A DNA stretch of 32,000 bases, taken from assembly GCF_001457615.1 (NCBI RefSeq), contig NZ_LN831024.1, forward strand, positions 2,820,001 through 2,852,000, written 5' to 3'. The notes below the pieces were generated by a model. It was not told the origin of the DNA. It searched no databases and was given only the letters and a program-made list of their open reading frames with translations. Position numbers and translations under genes: made by a program. Of this stretch, positions 1 through 17,937 are shown in pieces; within the stretch, counting starts at the first letter, position 1; every line of letters begins with the position of its first letter. The stretch is from Pseudomonas aeruginosa. GTDB lineage: Bacteria; Pseudomonadota; Gammaproteobacteria; Pseudomonadales; Pseudomonadaceae.

Positions 1-2
1 AC

Positions 3-10505
<10,503 letters not shown>

Positions 10506-10514
10506 CGAAGCTTT

Positions 10515-10537
10515 GGCCGGCCCCGCCGGGGCCGGCC
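10515..10537 (+). other. Perfect 10-bp GC hairpin between the NRPS stop and the hydrolase RBS
   Basis: ggccggcccc-gcc-ggggccggcc. No T tract follows. GGAG at 10542-10545 precedes the ATG at 10554. Confidence 0.6.
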
Positions 10538-10553
10538 CGTTGGAGACTATGAA

Positions 10554-11519
10554 ATGGCCTTGAACCCCGATATCGCGGCATACCTGGAACTGGTCGGCAA
10601 CGGCCGCAGCAGTGGCAAGAGCCTGCCCATGCACCAGTTGACGGTGCAACAGGCACGCGAGCAGTTCGACCAGTCGTCGGCGTTGATGGACCCAGGCCTC
10701 GACGAGCCGCTGCCGCGCGTCGAGACGCTGTTCGTCCCGGCGCGGGACGGTACGCCGTTGCCGGCGCGCCTCTACAGTCCCCAGGGGCTGTCCGCGTCGC
10801 CGCCGTTGCCGGGCGTGCTCTACCTGCATGGCGGCGGCTACGTCGTCGGCAGCCTGGACTCCCACGACGCGCTGTGCGCCAGCCTGGCCGAGCGCGCCGG
10901 TTGCGTGGTGCTTTCTCTGGCCTACCGGTTGGCCCCGGAGTGGCGTTTTCCGACCGCCGCCGAGGACGCCGAGGATGCCTGGTGCTGGTTGGCTGCCGAA
11001 GCCGCGCGGCTAGGCATCGATCCGCAACGCCTGGCGGTTGCCGGCGACAGCGTCGGCGGCAGTCTGTGCGCGGTGTTGTCGCATCGCTTGGCGCTGCGGG
11101 GAGACGCCTCGCAACCGCGTCTGCAGGTACTGATCTACCCGGTCACCGATGCCAGCCGCACGCGCCAATCGATCGAGCGTTACGCCGTTGGCCACCTGTT
11201 GGAGAAGGACAGCCTGGAGTGGTTCTACCAGCACTACCAGCGTAGCCCCGAGGACCGTCAGGACCCGCGTTTCTCGCCGCTGCTCGGCGTGGTGCCGGCT
11301 GACCTGGCGCCGACGTTGCTGCTGGTCGCGGAGTGCGACCCGTTGCATGACGAGGGCATCGCCTATGCCGAGCACCTGCGCCAGGGCGGCGCCCGGGTGG
11401 AGTTGTGCGTCTATCCGGGGATGACCCATGACTTCCTGCGCATGGGTGCGATCGTCGACGAGGCGGACGAAGCCAAGGACATGATCGCCGACGCGCTGGT
11501 GGCGGCCCTGGCACCCTGA
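10554..11519 (+). CDS. Alpha/beta-hydrolase fold-3 (hormone-sensitive-lipase / family IV) esterase or deacetylase, cytoplasmic
   Basis: Oxyanion motif LHGGGYVVGS, nucleophile elbow GDSVGG, acid motif ECDPLHDEG and catalytic His in GMTHDF. There is no signal peptide. GGAG lies 8 nt upstream of the ATG. Confidence 0.85.
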   Translation: MALNPDIAAYLELVGNGRSSGKSLPMHQLTVQQAREQFDQSSALMDPGLDEPLPRVETLFVPARDGTPLPARLYSPQGLSASPPLPGVLYLHGGGYVVGSLDSHDALCASLAERAGCVVLSLAYRLAPEWRFPTAAEDAEDAWCWLAAEAARLGIDPQRLAVAGDSVGGSLCAVLSHRLALRGDASQPRLQVLIYPVTDASRTRQSIERYAVGHLLEKDSLEWFYQHYQRSPEDRQDPRFSPLLGVVPADLAPTLLLVAECDPLHDEGIAYAEHLRQGGARVELCVYPGMTHDFLRMGAIVDEADEAKDMIADALVAALAP

Positions 11520-11538
11520 GACTTCGGCATTCGCCATG

Positions 11539-11573
11539 AAAAAACCCGCCAGGTTCTCCTGGCGGTTTTTTTT
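11539..11573. terminator. Bidirectional rho-independent terminator between the convergent hydrolase gene and fpvA
   Basis: A6 run, then 8-bp stem ccgccagg / cctggcgg with ttct loop (11546-11565), then T8 run (11566-11573). Confidence 0.85.
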
Positions 11574-11591
11574 CATGAAGGCTGGGGCGAG

Positions 11592-11610
11592 GGGAGGCCA
11601 GCGGCCTCCC
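11592..11610. other. Second GC hairpin just 3' of the fpvA stop
   Basis: gggaggcc-agc-ggcctccc, with no adjacent U tract. Confidence 0.4.
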
Positions 11611-11618
11611 GAGACGCC

Positions 11619-14090
11619 TTACCAGTTGTAGGTCAGGTCGGTGGTGATGGTACGGCCCTGGCCGTAGTAGCAGTCGAGATCAGAGGAGCAACGGCTGACA
11701 TACTTCTTGTCCTCGAGGTTCTCCAGGTTGACCTGCACCTTCAGGCCTTTCACCTGCAGCGGGGATTTCTCGAAGTCGTAGGACAGCTTGCCGTCGTACA
11801 GCGTGTAGGACGGGATGGTGAAGTGGCCGTCGGCGGTTTCGGTGCCGTCGCTGCCGCGGGTGTAGCGCGCGCCGATCCCCGCGCCGAGGCCGGCGAACGC
11901 GGTATCCGCGCCGAGGGTGTAGTCCAGCCAGACCGCGGCGGTCATCGGCGGCGTGCCGGCCGGATGGCGGCCTTTGCGCCCGTCGTTGTCCTTGGTGTAT
12001 TTGATGTCGTTGCGCGAGAACGAGGCGATGACATCGAGATTGTTGGTCAGGCTGGCCTTGCCTTCCAGCTCGAAGCCCTTGGAGCGCATGGCGCCGGACT
12101 GCTTGCTGAAGTTGGGGTTCAGCAGATCGGTGGTGAGCACGTTCTTCTTGTCGATCTGGTAGACCGACATTTGGATGAAACTGTTCTGCCCCGGCGGCTG
12201 GTACTTGATGCCGGCCTCGTACTGCTTGCCGGTGGTCGGCTTGAAGGCCTTGTTGCCTTCGTCCATGTTCAACCCGCCGACCGGCTGGAACGACTCGGAG
12301 TAGCTGACATAGGGCACGATGCCGTTGCTGAACTCGTAGCCGAAGCCGGCGCGGCCGCTGAACTTCTCGTCCTTCGCGTCGACCTTGCCGCCGGTTTCCT
12401 TGGTGTCGGTCTTGGCCCAGTCATAGCGTCCGCCGAAGGTCAGGAACCACTGGTTCCATTTCATCTGGTCCTGCAAGTAGATTCCGGTTTGGTCGGTGGT
12501 GCGGTTCCAGCGATAGGGATTGGTGAAGGTGAACTTGCTGCCGTACACCGGCTTGTACAGATCGATGATCGTGGTGGGTTCCTGGTTCGAGTAGAGACCG
12601 AAGAACTTGGATTTGAAGTGGTAGTAGTCAATACCGATCAGCGCGGTGTGATCGATCGCGCCGGTCTTGAATTTGGCCTGGGCCATGTTGTCCATGCCGA
12701 AGGCCTTGTTGGTCTGCGACCAGTCCACGCCATAGCGCGTGGCATAGCGTCGGTCATCGGCACCGGTGTTCGGGTTGGGTACGAATCTGTAACCGTGCAG
12801 TGGCGCCACGTATTGGTCGTCGAGATAGGCGTAGCGGGTGTTCTGCTTGAAGGTCCAGACATCGTTGAGTTCGTGGCTGAACTCATAGCCGAACACGAAC
12901 TGGTCGCGGTCATAGGAGTTCAGCCCCGGCTCGCCGATGAAGGTGCTGCGCTTGATCCGCCCGTTGGGCGTACTGAACACCGTGCCGTAGGCCGGCAGGC
13001 CTTGGGCCTCGGGCACGTCGTTGTCCTTCTGGTACTGGCCGTAGAAGGTCAGGCTGGTCTGCTCGTTGGGGTTCCAGGTAAAGCTCGGCGCCAGCATGAA
13101 GCGTTTCTGCTCGGCATAGTCGATCTCCGAGTTGATGTCCCGGCCCACACCGGTCAGCCGGTACAGGTAGGTGCCCTGTTCATCGAGCGCGCCGCCGACG
13201 TCGAAGGCGCCGTAGCGGCGGTCCTGGCTGCCGCCGCCGAGCACCACTTCGCGGATCGGGGTGGCGGTGGGACGCTTGGACACCATGTTGACGATGCCGC
13301 CCGGTTCGTTCTGGCCGTAGAGCACCGATGCCGGCCCCTTCAGCACCTCGATGCGTTCCAGGGTATAGGGGTCGATCTGCAGGGCACCGCCGGTACTGCC
13401 GCCGCCGTAGGGCATGTGCAGGCCGTCGAGGTACATCGGCGCCGGGCTGAAGCCGCGCGAGGTCGGCTCGTCGAAGATCTTCACCCGGTCGGCGAAGCCG
13501 CCGCCGGTGATCCCCGGAGTGTAGCGCAGGGCCTCGGTGACGGTCTGCGAACCGCGCGCCTTGATCTCATCCTGGGTGACCACGTTGATGGTCTGGGGGA
13601 TTTCCTTGAGCGGGGTGTCGGTCTTGGTGCCGGTACCGCTGCGCTTGGCCACGTAGCCGTTGACGTGGCCCCAGGCCGACTCCTGGCTGGTGACGGTAAT
13701 GTCGCCGAGGTCCACCGAGTCCGCCGAGCGCTGGGCGCTGATGGTAACGCTGGAGCCTTGCAGGCTGTAGCTGGCGCCGGTACCGCGGAGAAGTTCGGCG
13801 AGAGCCGCCTCGACGCTCAGTTGGCCGCGGACCGGGTTGCTGCGCAGGCCTTGCACTTCATCGGCGCTGTAAAGCACCTGCAACTGGCTCTGCTGGCCGA
13901 ACTGGCGCAGGGCGCTGGGCAGGGACTGGGCGCCGATGTCGAACTGGATCTTCTGCGCTTCGGCCTGGCTGGCGATCGGCGCCAACAGGGCCATGGCCAG
14001 GGCGGCGGTGCTCAGGCGCGGATGCAGCGTCAGGGTGTTGCGCATCACTAGAGCCTTGGTGAAACGGGGGAGTGTGCGGAGTGCTGGCAT
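11619..14090 (-). CDS. fpvA: TonB-dependent ferripyoverdine outer-membrane receptor with N-terminal signalling domain
   Basis: N-terminal signalling (STN) domain QKIQFDIGAQSLPSALRQFGQQSQLQVLY...GTGASYSLQGSSVTIS, then plug and barrel, ending TTDLTYNW. Start chosen at MPALRTLPRFTKALVMRN by analogy with the PAO1 FpvA N-terminus as I recall it. Alternative starts are ATG at 14117 and ATG at 14045. Confidence 0.88.
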   Translation of the reverse strand: MPALRTLPRFTKALVMRNTLTLHPRLSTAALAMALLAPIASQAEAQKIQFDIGAQSLPSALRQFGQQSQLQVLYSADEVQGLRSNPVRGQLSVEAALAELLRGTGASYSLQGSSVTISAQRSADSVDLGDITVTSQESAWGHVNGYVAKRSGTGTKTDTPLKEIPQTINVVTQDEIKARGSQTVTEALRYTPGITGGGFADRVKIFDEPTSRGFSPAPMYLDGLHMPYGGGSTGGALQIDPYTLERIEVLKGPASVLYGQNEPGGIVNMVSKRPTATPIREVVLGGGSQDRRYGAFDVGGALDEQGTYLYRLTGVGRDINSEIDYAEQKRFMLAPSFTWNPNEQTSLTFYGQYQKDNDVPEAQGLPAYGTVFSTPNGRIKRSTFIGEPGLNSYDRDQFVFGYEFSHELNDVWTFKQNTRYAYLDDQYVAPLHGYRFVPNPNTGADDRRYATRYGVDWSQTNKAFGMDNMAQAKFKTGAIDHTALIGIDYYHFKSKFFGLYSNQEPTTIIDLYKPVYGSKFTFTNPYRWNRTTDQTGIYLQDQMKWNQWFLTFGGRYDWAKTDTKETGGKVDAKDEKFSGRAGFGYEFSNGIVPYVSYSESFQPVGGLNMDEGNKAFKPTTGKQYEAGIKYQPPGQNSFIQMSVYQIDKKNVLTTDLLNPNFSKQSGAMRSKGFELEGKASLTNNLDVIASFSRNDIKYTKDNDGRKGRHPAGTPPMTAAVWLDYTLGADTAFAGLGAGIGARYTRGSDGTETADGHFTIPSYTLYDGKLSYDFEKSPLQVKGLKVQVNLENLEDKKYVSRCSSDLDCYYGQGRTITTDLTYNW

Positions 14091-14123
14091 GCTCTCTAGT
14101 ACTCTTATGGATGTCATGATTGG

Positions 14124-14138
14124 GAATAATTGTTATTT
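14124..14138. promoter_or_regulatory. AT-rich Fur-box-like element upstream of fpvA
   Basis: GAATAATTGTTATTT matches about 9 of 14 positions of the TGATAATCATTATC half of the Fur consensus. It is the only AT-rich patch in the pvdE-fpvA gap. Confidence 0.3.
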
Positions 14139-14216
14139 GGTTTCCCATTGAGACGTTTGGTCGGCGCGAAACCGGAAAACAAAAATCGTTTTTCCCGTGT
14201 TCGCAGGCAGAGCGCT

Positions 14217-15869
14217 TCAGGCCGGTTGCAGCTCCTCGACCACTCGACCGCCGGCCAGACGCAGCAGTTGGTCGGCGCTGTCGAAGTAGCGGTCGTCATG
14301 GGAGATCACGATGATGGTCTTGCCCATTCGCTTCAGCTCGGGAAGCAGCTCGGTGTAGAAGATCCGGCGGAAGGTGGGATCCTGGTCGGCGGCCCATTCG
14401 TCGAAGACCAGCACCGGGCGCTTCTCGATCCAGGCATTGACCAGCGCCAGGCGCTTGCGCTGGCCGGTGGAGAGGTCGGTGGTGGTGAAGCTGCCGTCGC
14501 TGACGCTGACCTTGTGGGCGATTTCCAGGCGCTTCAGGTAGCGCCCGGCTTCTTCCGGCAACTGTTGCTCGCCGTCGACGAGGTCGTCGAACAGGTAGTA
14601 GTCGGCGAACACGGTGGTGAACAGCTGACGATAGTCGTCGCGCGCCTGTGCCGTCACTTCCTCTCCGTTGAGCAGCAGCGAGCCCTCGTGGGGCGTGTAC
14701 AGCCCGAGCAACAGCTTGATCAGGGTGGTCTTGCCGCAGCCGTTCTCGCCGACGATGAAGAGGATCTCTCCCGGGCGGATCGTCAGGTTGACCGGGCCGA
14801 AGCGGAAGGGCGTCGAGCCCGGCACGCCCGGATAGCTGTAGCCGACATCGCGCAACTCGATGCTGCGCACCTCTTGAGCCGGTCTGGAGGCGTCGTTCTC
14901 GAGCAGCAGGTAGGGTTCGGGATTGGAGAACTGCTCGTTGAGTTCGGCGATCCGGCGCAGGGCGATACGGTTGCGACTGATCAGCGGCAACAGGCTGAGT
15001 ACGCTTTCCAGCGGCCCCTTCATGAACAGCAGGGTCATGACGAAGCCGCTGAGCACGCTGCGGTCGGAGGTCGGCCACCAGGTCTGGACCGCCAGGGCGG
15101 TGCCGATGACCACGAAGAACAGCAGCGAACCGAAGGTGCTGGCAGTGAGGAATATATTCACCGAACGCACCTGCAGGCGGCAGATGCGCTCCACGGTCTC
15201 GTCCAGCAGACGCCCGTGCAGGCGCTGCCGGCGCGGGCGGTTGATGCGCAGCTCCTTGGCTCCCTCGGCCATGCCGCGGTAGTGCTTCTGCAGCAAGTCT
15301 TCCTCTTCGCGCGCCGCTTCGAAACCGGCCATTCCATAGCCGCGGGCGATGTACTGGGCGATGGTGCCGAGCACCACGGCGCTGGCGGCGACCAGGAACA
15401 TCGGCAGCGACAGGGTGGCCAGGTAGCCCAGGCAGCCAAGGGTCACGGTCAGGGAGATCACCAGTTGCGGCAGGCCGAAGGCAAGATCGCTGACCGTATC
15501 GATGTCGTGGGTGAGCACCGGGATCAGGCGGTGCGTGCGATAGCGTTCGAGTTGTTCGATCGGGGCGGACAACACCCGGCCGCCGAGGGTCTTGCGCAGC
15601 CGGGCGATGACCTTCTGGCCGACGTAGTTGGTGCCGATGTTGGACAGGATCGAACTGAGCAGGGCCAGCGCGCAGATCGCGCTGAAAGCCAGCATCATGC
15701 CGCTGGTCATGCCGCCCTCGGCGTTCAGTACGCGGTTGATCGAGGTGAGCAGCGCGGTGATGGCCAGGCCGCCGACGATACCCAGTCCGATCGACAGGCT
15801 GAGCGCTGGCCAGAAGGGTTTGAGAATGCTCAGGAGTTCGCGAGTGGCGCTACGGGGTGTTGCGGACAT
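14217..15869 (-). CDS. pvdE: Cyclic-peptide-type ABC exporter (fused TMD-NBD) for the pyoverdine precursor
   Basis: Walker A GENGCGKTT, signature LSTGQRKRL, Walker B LVFDEWAADQD. Start set at MSATPRSATREL (GAGGAAA RBS), giving 550 aa. The ORF-track start at 15932 is only about 20 nt from the IS box. Confidence 0.9.
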   Translation of the reverse strand: MSATPRSATRELLSILKPFWPALSLSIGLGIVGGLAITALLTSINRVLNAEGGMTSGMMLAFSAICALALLSSILSNIGTNYVGQKVIARLRKTLGGRVLSAPIEQLERYRTHRLIPVLTHDIDTVSDLAFGLPQLVISLTVTLGCLGYLATLSLPMFLVAASAVVLGTIAQYIARGYGMAGFEAAREEEDLLQKHYRGMAEGAKELRINRPRRQRLHGRLLDETVERICRLQVRSVNIFLTASTFGSLLFFVVIGTALAVQTWWPTSDRSVLSGFVMTLLFMKGPLESVLSLLPLISRNRIALRRIAELNEQFSNPEPYLLLENDASRPAQEVRSIELRDVGYSYPGVPGSTPFRFGPVNLTIRPGEILFIVGENGCGKTTLIKLLLGLYTPHEGSLLLNGEEVTAQARDDYRQLFTTVFADYYLFDDLVDGEQQLPEEAGRYLKRLEIAHKVSVSDGSFTTTDLSTGQRKRLALVNAWIEKRPVLVFDEWAADQDPTFRRIFYTELLPELKRMGKTIIVISHDDRYFDSADQLLRLAGGRVVEELQPA

Positions 15870-15951
15870 GGGGTTTCCTCGGCGCGGCCGACTGGACGCA
15901 AGGGCAGAGAGGCGAATGGCGGAGTGGCGCACGCTCGCGCCTGCCCTGAAG

Positions 15952-15975
15952 ACGAGGCCGGGGAGGGGAAATTTA
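15952..15975 (-). promoter_or_regulatory. PvdS iron-starvation (IS) box, pvdE promoter
   Basis: Minus strand reads TAAAT-TTCCCCTCCCCGGCCT-CGT, with exact N16 spacing. Confidence 0.85.
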
Positions 15976-16024
15976 GCCTGTGGCGCTGCTTCGCCGAGGC
16001 GTCCGGCAAAAGCGCAGGGGACGA

Positions 16025-16048
16025 TAAATTCGGCGGCCGGCCGTTCGT
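16025..16048 (+). promoter_or_regulatory. PvdS IS box, pvdF promoter
   Basis: TAAAT-TCGGCGGCCGGCCGTT-CGT, with exact N16 spacing. Confidence 0.85.
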
Positions 16049-16159
16049 TGCGTTTAAGTGAGAGCGACGCTCGAGCGGGTTCCCCGGGAAGCCCTTGTCG
16101 AGTCCAACACTGTGCCGGAGCACGCGCTCAAGTCCGACCCATTCCCTGAGAAAGACGAG

Positions 16160-16987
16160 ATGACGAAAAGGAAATTAGCCTATATCTGGTCCCTGAGAAA
16201 CGCCGCCGCCGACAAGGCCGGACAACAGGTGGCCTACAAGGGCGAGCTGCGCTACATGAAGTCCCCGCTGGAGTTTCTCGCCGAATCGCTGAACCGGACG
16301 GCGCTGGGGGACGCCTACGAATTGGTCGGGGTGATCTACGACGACGACCCGGAGCTGCCCCGCGACCAGCGGAAGATCGAGGACTACGGATTCGCCTACC
16401 GGCCTGGACAGCAGTGGTTCTACCCGGCGGAACTGGAGGTACAGGGGCGGCGCATGAACGATCTGCTGCTGAACGTGCCTTCCACCTACCGTCGCCACCC
16501 GCGCGGGAGCGCGGAGCATGTGGCCGGCAAGCGCGACTTCGAACGACGCCTGTACGAGACGCTGGTCGAGCTGCGCGCCGAGGTCGTCGTCCTCGACGGC
16601 CTGCTGGTCATCCTCGATGAGCTGGTGCGGCCCGGGGCGCCATTCGCCCGACGGATCATGAATATCCATCCCGGGGTCACGCGCGCCGACTCGCCCTACC
16701 AACGGCGCGGCGCCTGGGCGACCCTGGATGCATTGCATGGTGCGCGGGGTGAGAAGATCGTCGACTGGGCGACGATGGAAAGCGTACCGGTCGAACCCTT
16801 GTACCTGACCGGCGCCTCGTTCCACTACGTGGACAACGGCATCGATTCCGGCGAGGTCTTCCACGACGTGCTGAAAACGAAGATATCTCCCGACGACACC
16901 ATCCTCGAGCTGCGTTGGAACAACTTCAACGACAGTCTGTTCCCGGCCTTGCACGAAGGCCTGGCTCTGCTGGCCGAGAAGGACTGA
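16160..16987 (+). CDS. pvdF: N5-hydroxyornithine formyltransferase
   Basis: Formyltransferase-like core IMNIHPGVTR. Start at MTKRKLAYIWSL gives 275 aa. The ORF-track start at 16058 abuts the IS box and is implausible. Confidence 0.88.
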   Translation: MTKRKLAYIWSLRNAAADKAGQQVAYKGELRYMKSPLEFLAESLNRTALGDAYELVGVIYDDDPELPRDQRKIEDYGFAYRPGQQWFYPAELEVQGRRMNDLLLNVPSTYRRHPRGSAEHVAGKRDFERRLYETLVELRAEVVVLDGLLVILDELVRPGAPFARRIMNIHPGVTRADSPYQRRGAWATLDALHGARGEKIVDWATMESVPVEPLYLTGASFHYVDNGIDSGEVFHDVLKTKISPDDTILELRWNNFNDSLFPALHEGLALLAEKD

Positions 16988-17009
16988 AAACGCCTGGTCG
17001 CGGATGCGC

Positions 17010-17046
17010 AAAGGCCGGAGCGACCCGCGTCGCTCCGGCCTTTCTT
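17010..17046. terminator. Bidirectional terminator between convergent pvdF and pvdO
   Basis: 12-bp stem ggccggagcgac / gtcgctccggcc with ccgc loop, flanked by AAA and TTTCTT. Confidence 0.7.
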
Positions 17047-17054
17047 CGTCCGCC

Positions 17055-17909
17055 TCAGAGTTCGCGGGCCACGCGGAAACCTATCCAGTCGCCACGGGCG
17101 TCGGGGTAGGCATTGTTGCGGTTGCCCGAGCGCGAGAAGATCGGCGGCTCGCCCCAGTCGTTGCCGCGGATCTGCACCAGCTCGCACTTGTCCTCCATCC
17201 ACGCGCTGCCGTCGCTCGGCGCGCCGTTGTAGTGGTCGTGCCAGCAGTCGGCGACCCACTCGTAGACGTTGCCGTGCATGTCGTAGACGCCGAAGGCGTT
17301 GGGCGGGAAGCTGCCCACCGGCGAGGTGAAGTTGTAGCCATCGCTGGCGCCGTAGGTGTTGGCGTGCTTGGCGATGCTGTATTCCTTGCCTTCGTCGAAC
17401 GGGAAGGGGAAGGGGCCGGCGCTGCCGGCGCGGGCGCCGTACTCGCGCTCGGCCTCGCTGAGCATGCGGTAGTGCTTGCCGGTCTTCTTCGACAGCCAGG
17501 CGGCGTAGTTCTTCACGTCGTTGTAGTCGACGCACACCGCCGGCTGGCGAGGGCCTTGCTGGTAGCGCGGCTTGCCGGCGATGCATTCGCGGCCGGGGCG
17601 GGTATCGCCGTCGGCCAGCTTGACGCCGGTGGCTTTCAGGTAGGCGTCCAGTTCGCCGGCGGTGACCTGGTAGCGGCTGATGGCGAACGGCTTGGCGAAG
17701 GTCACGTCGTGCAGCGGGCCCTCGTCGGGCTGGCGGCCGACCTCGTCGTCCGGGGTGCCCATGGTGAAGCTGCCGGCGGGCAGTACGACCATCTCCGGGC
17801 AGTCCTTGCAATCCTTGAACACCGTGCCGGGTTTCTTCGCTTCGTCGGCGAAGGCGGGGGCGGTGGCGACGATCAGTGCGGCCAGGGCCAGGGGCGATAA
17901 TGCGTGCAT
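17055..17909 (-). CDS. pvdO: Periplasmic FGE/sulfatase-modifying-factor-like pyoverdine maturation protein
   Basis: 284 aa. Signal peptide MHALSPLALAALIVATAPAFA. FGE-like motifs YRMLSEAEREYGARAG and GNVYEWVADCW. Position in the pvdMNO operon fits. Confidence 0.9.
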   Translation of the reverse strand: MHALSPLALAALIVATAPAFADEAKKPGTVFKDCKDCPEMVVLPAGSFTMGTPDDEVGRQPDEGPLHDVTFAKPFAISRYQVTAGELDAYLKATGVKLADGDTRPGRECIAGKPRYQQGPRQPAVCVDYNDVKNYAAWLSKKTGKHYRMLSEAEREYGARAGSAGPFPFPFDEGKEYSIAKHANTYGASDGYNFTSPVGSFPPNAFGVYDMHGNVYEWVADCWHDHYNGAPSDGSAWMEDKCELVQIRGNDWGEPPIFSRSGNRNNAYPDARGDWIGFRVAREL

Positions 17910-17937
17910 GGCGGTTCTCGTTGAGTGGCGAAAGGGG

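Noticed and set aside
10554-11519. Reading the extra hydrolase as a PvdG-like type II thioesterase or as the type II acetylase pvdYII.
   Set aside because: The HGGG...GDSxG...DPLxDEG...H pattern is diagnostic of hormone-sensitive-lipase-family esterases. It fits neither the ~250-aa TEII family nor IucB-type acetyltransferases.
11823-14051. 742-aa ORF antisense to fpvA, and similar antisense ORFs over pvdE (14130-16061+), pvdO/pvdN (17004-17900+, 17680-19254+, 17873-19105-), pvdM (20051-20773+), pvdP (21041-22264-), pvdT/pvdR (23932-26091+, 26088-27182+), fpvR (27481-28251+), pvdA (28873-30399-) and pvdQ (30123-31529-).
   Set aside because: The same high-GC artefact. The opposite strand carries clearly identifiable conserved proteins in each case.
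14139-14149. The 11-mer GGTTTCCCATT occurs upstream of fpvA (14139-14149) and again upstream of fpvI (28299-28309), each near a Fur-like AT patch. It might be a shared FpvI or Fur-associated site.
   Set aside because: A single shared 11-mer between about 1.5 kb of intergenic DNA is close to chance expectation. Its orientation relative to the two genes is opposite, and its spacing to the AT patch differs (3 nt against about 25 nt). It is worth a look only if conserved in other strains.
15870-15932. N-terminal extensions in the ORF track for pvdE (15932), pvdF (16058), pvdN (19332), pvdM (20653) and fpvR (28233).
   Set aside because: The extensions run into or next to the IS boxes or Fur box, or into the upstream gene. 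They lack RBSs or use non-ATG codons. The shorter starts give proper signal or Tat leaders and lengths that match the PAO1 proteins as I recall them.
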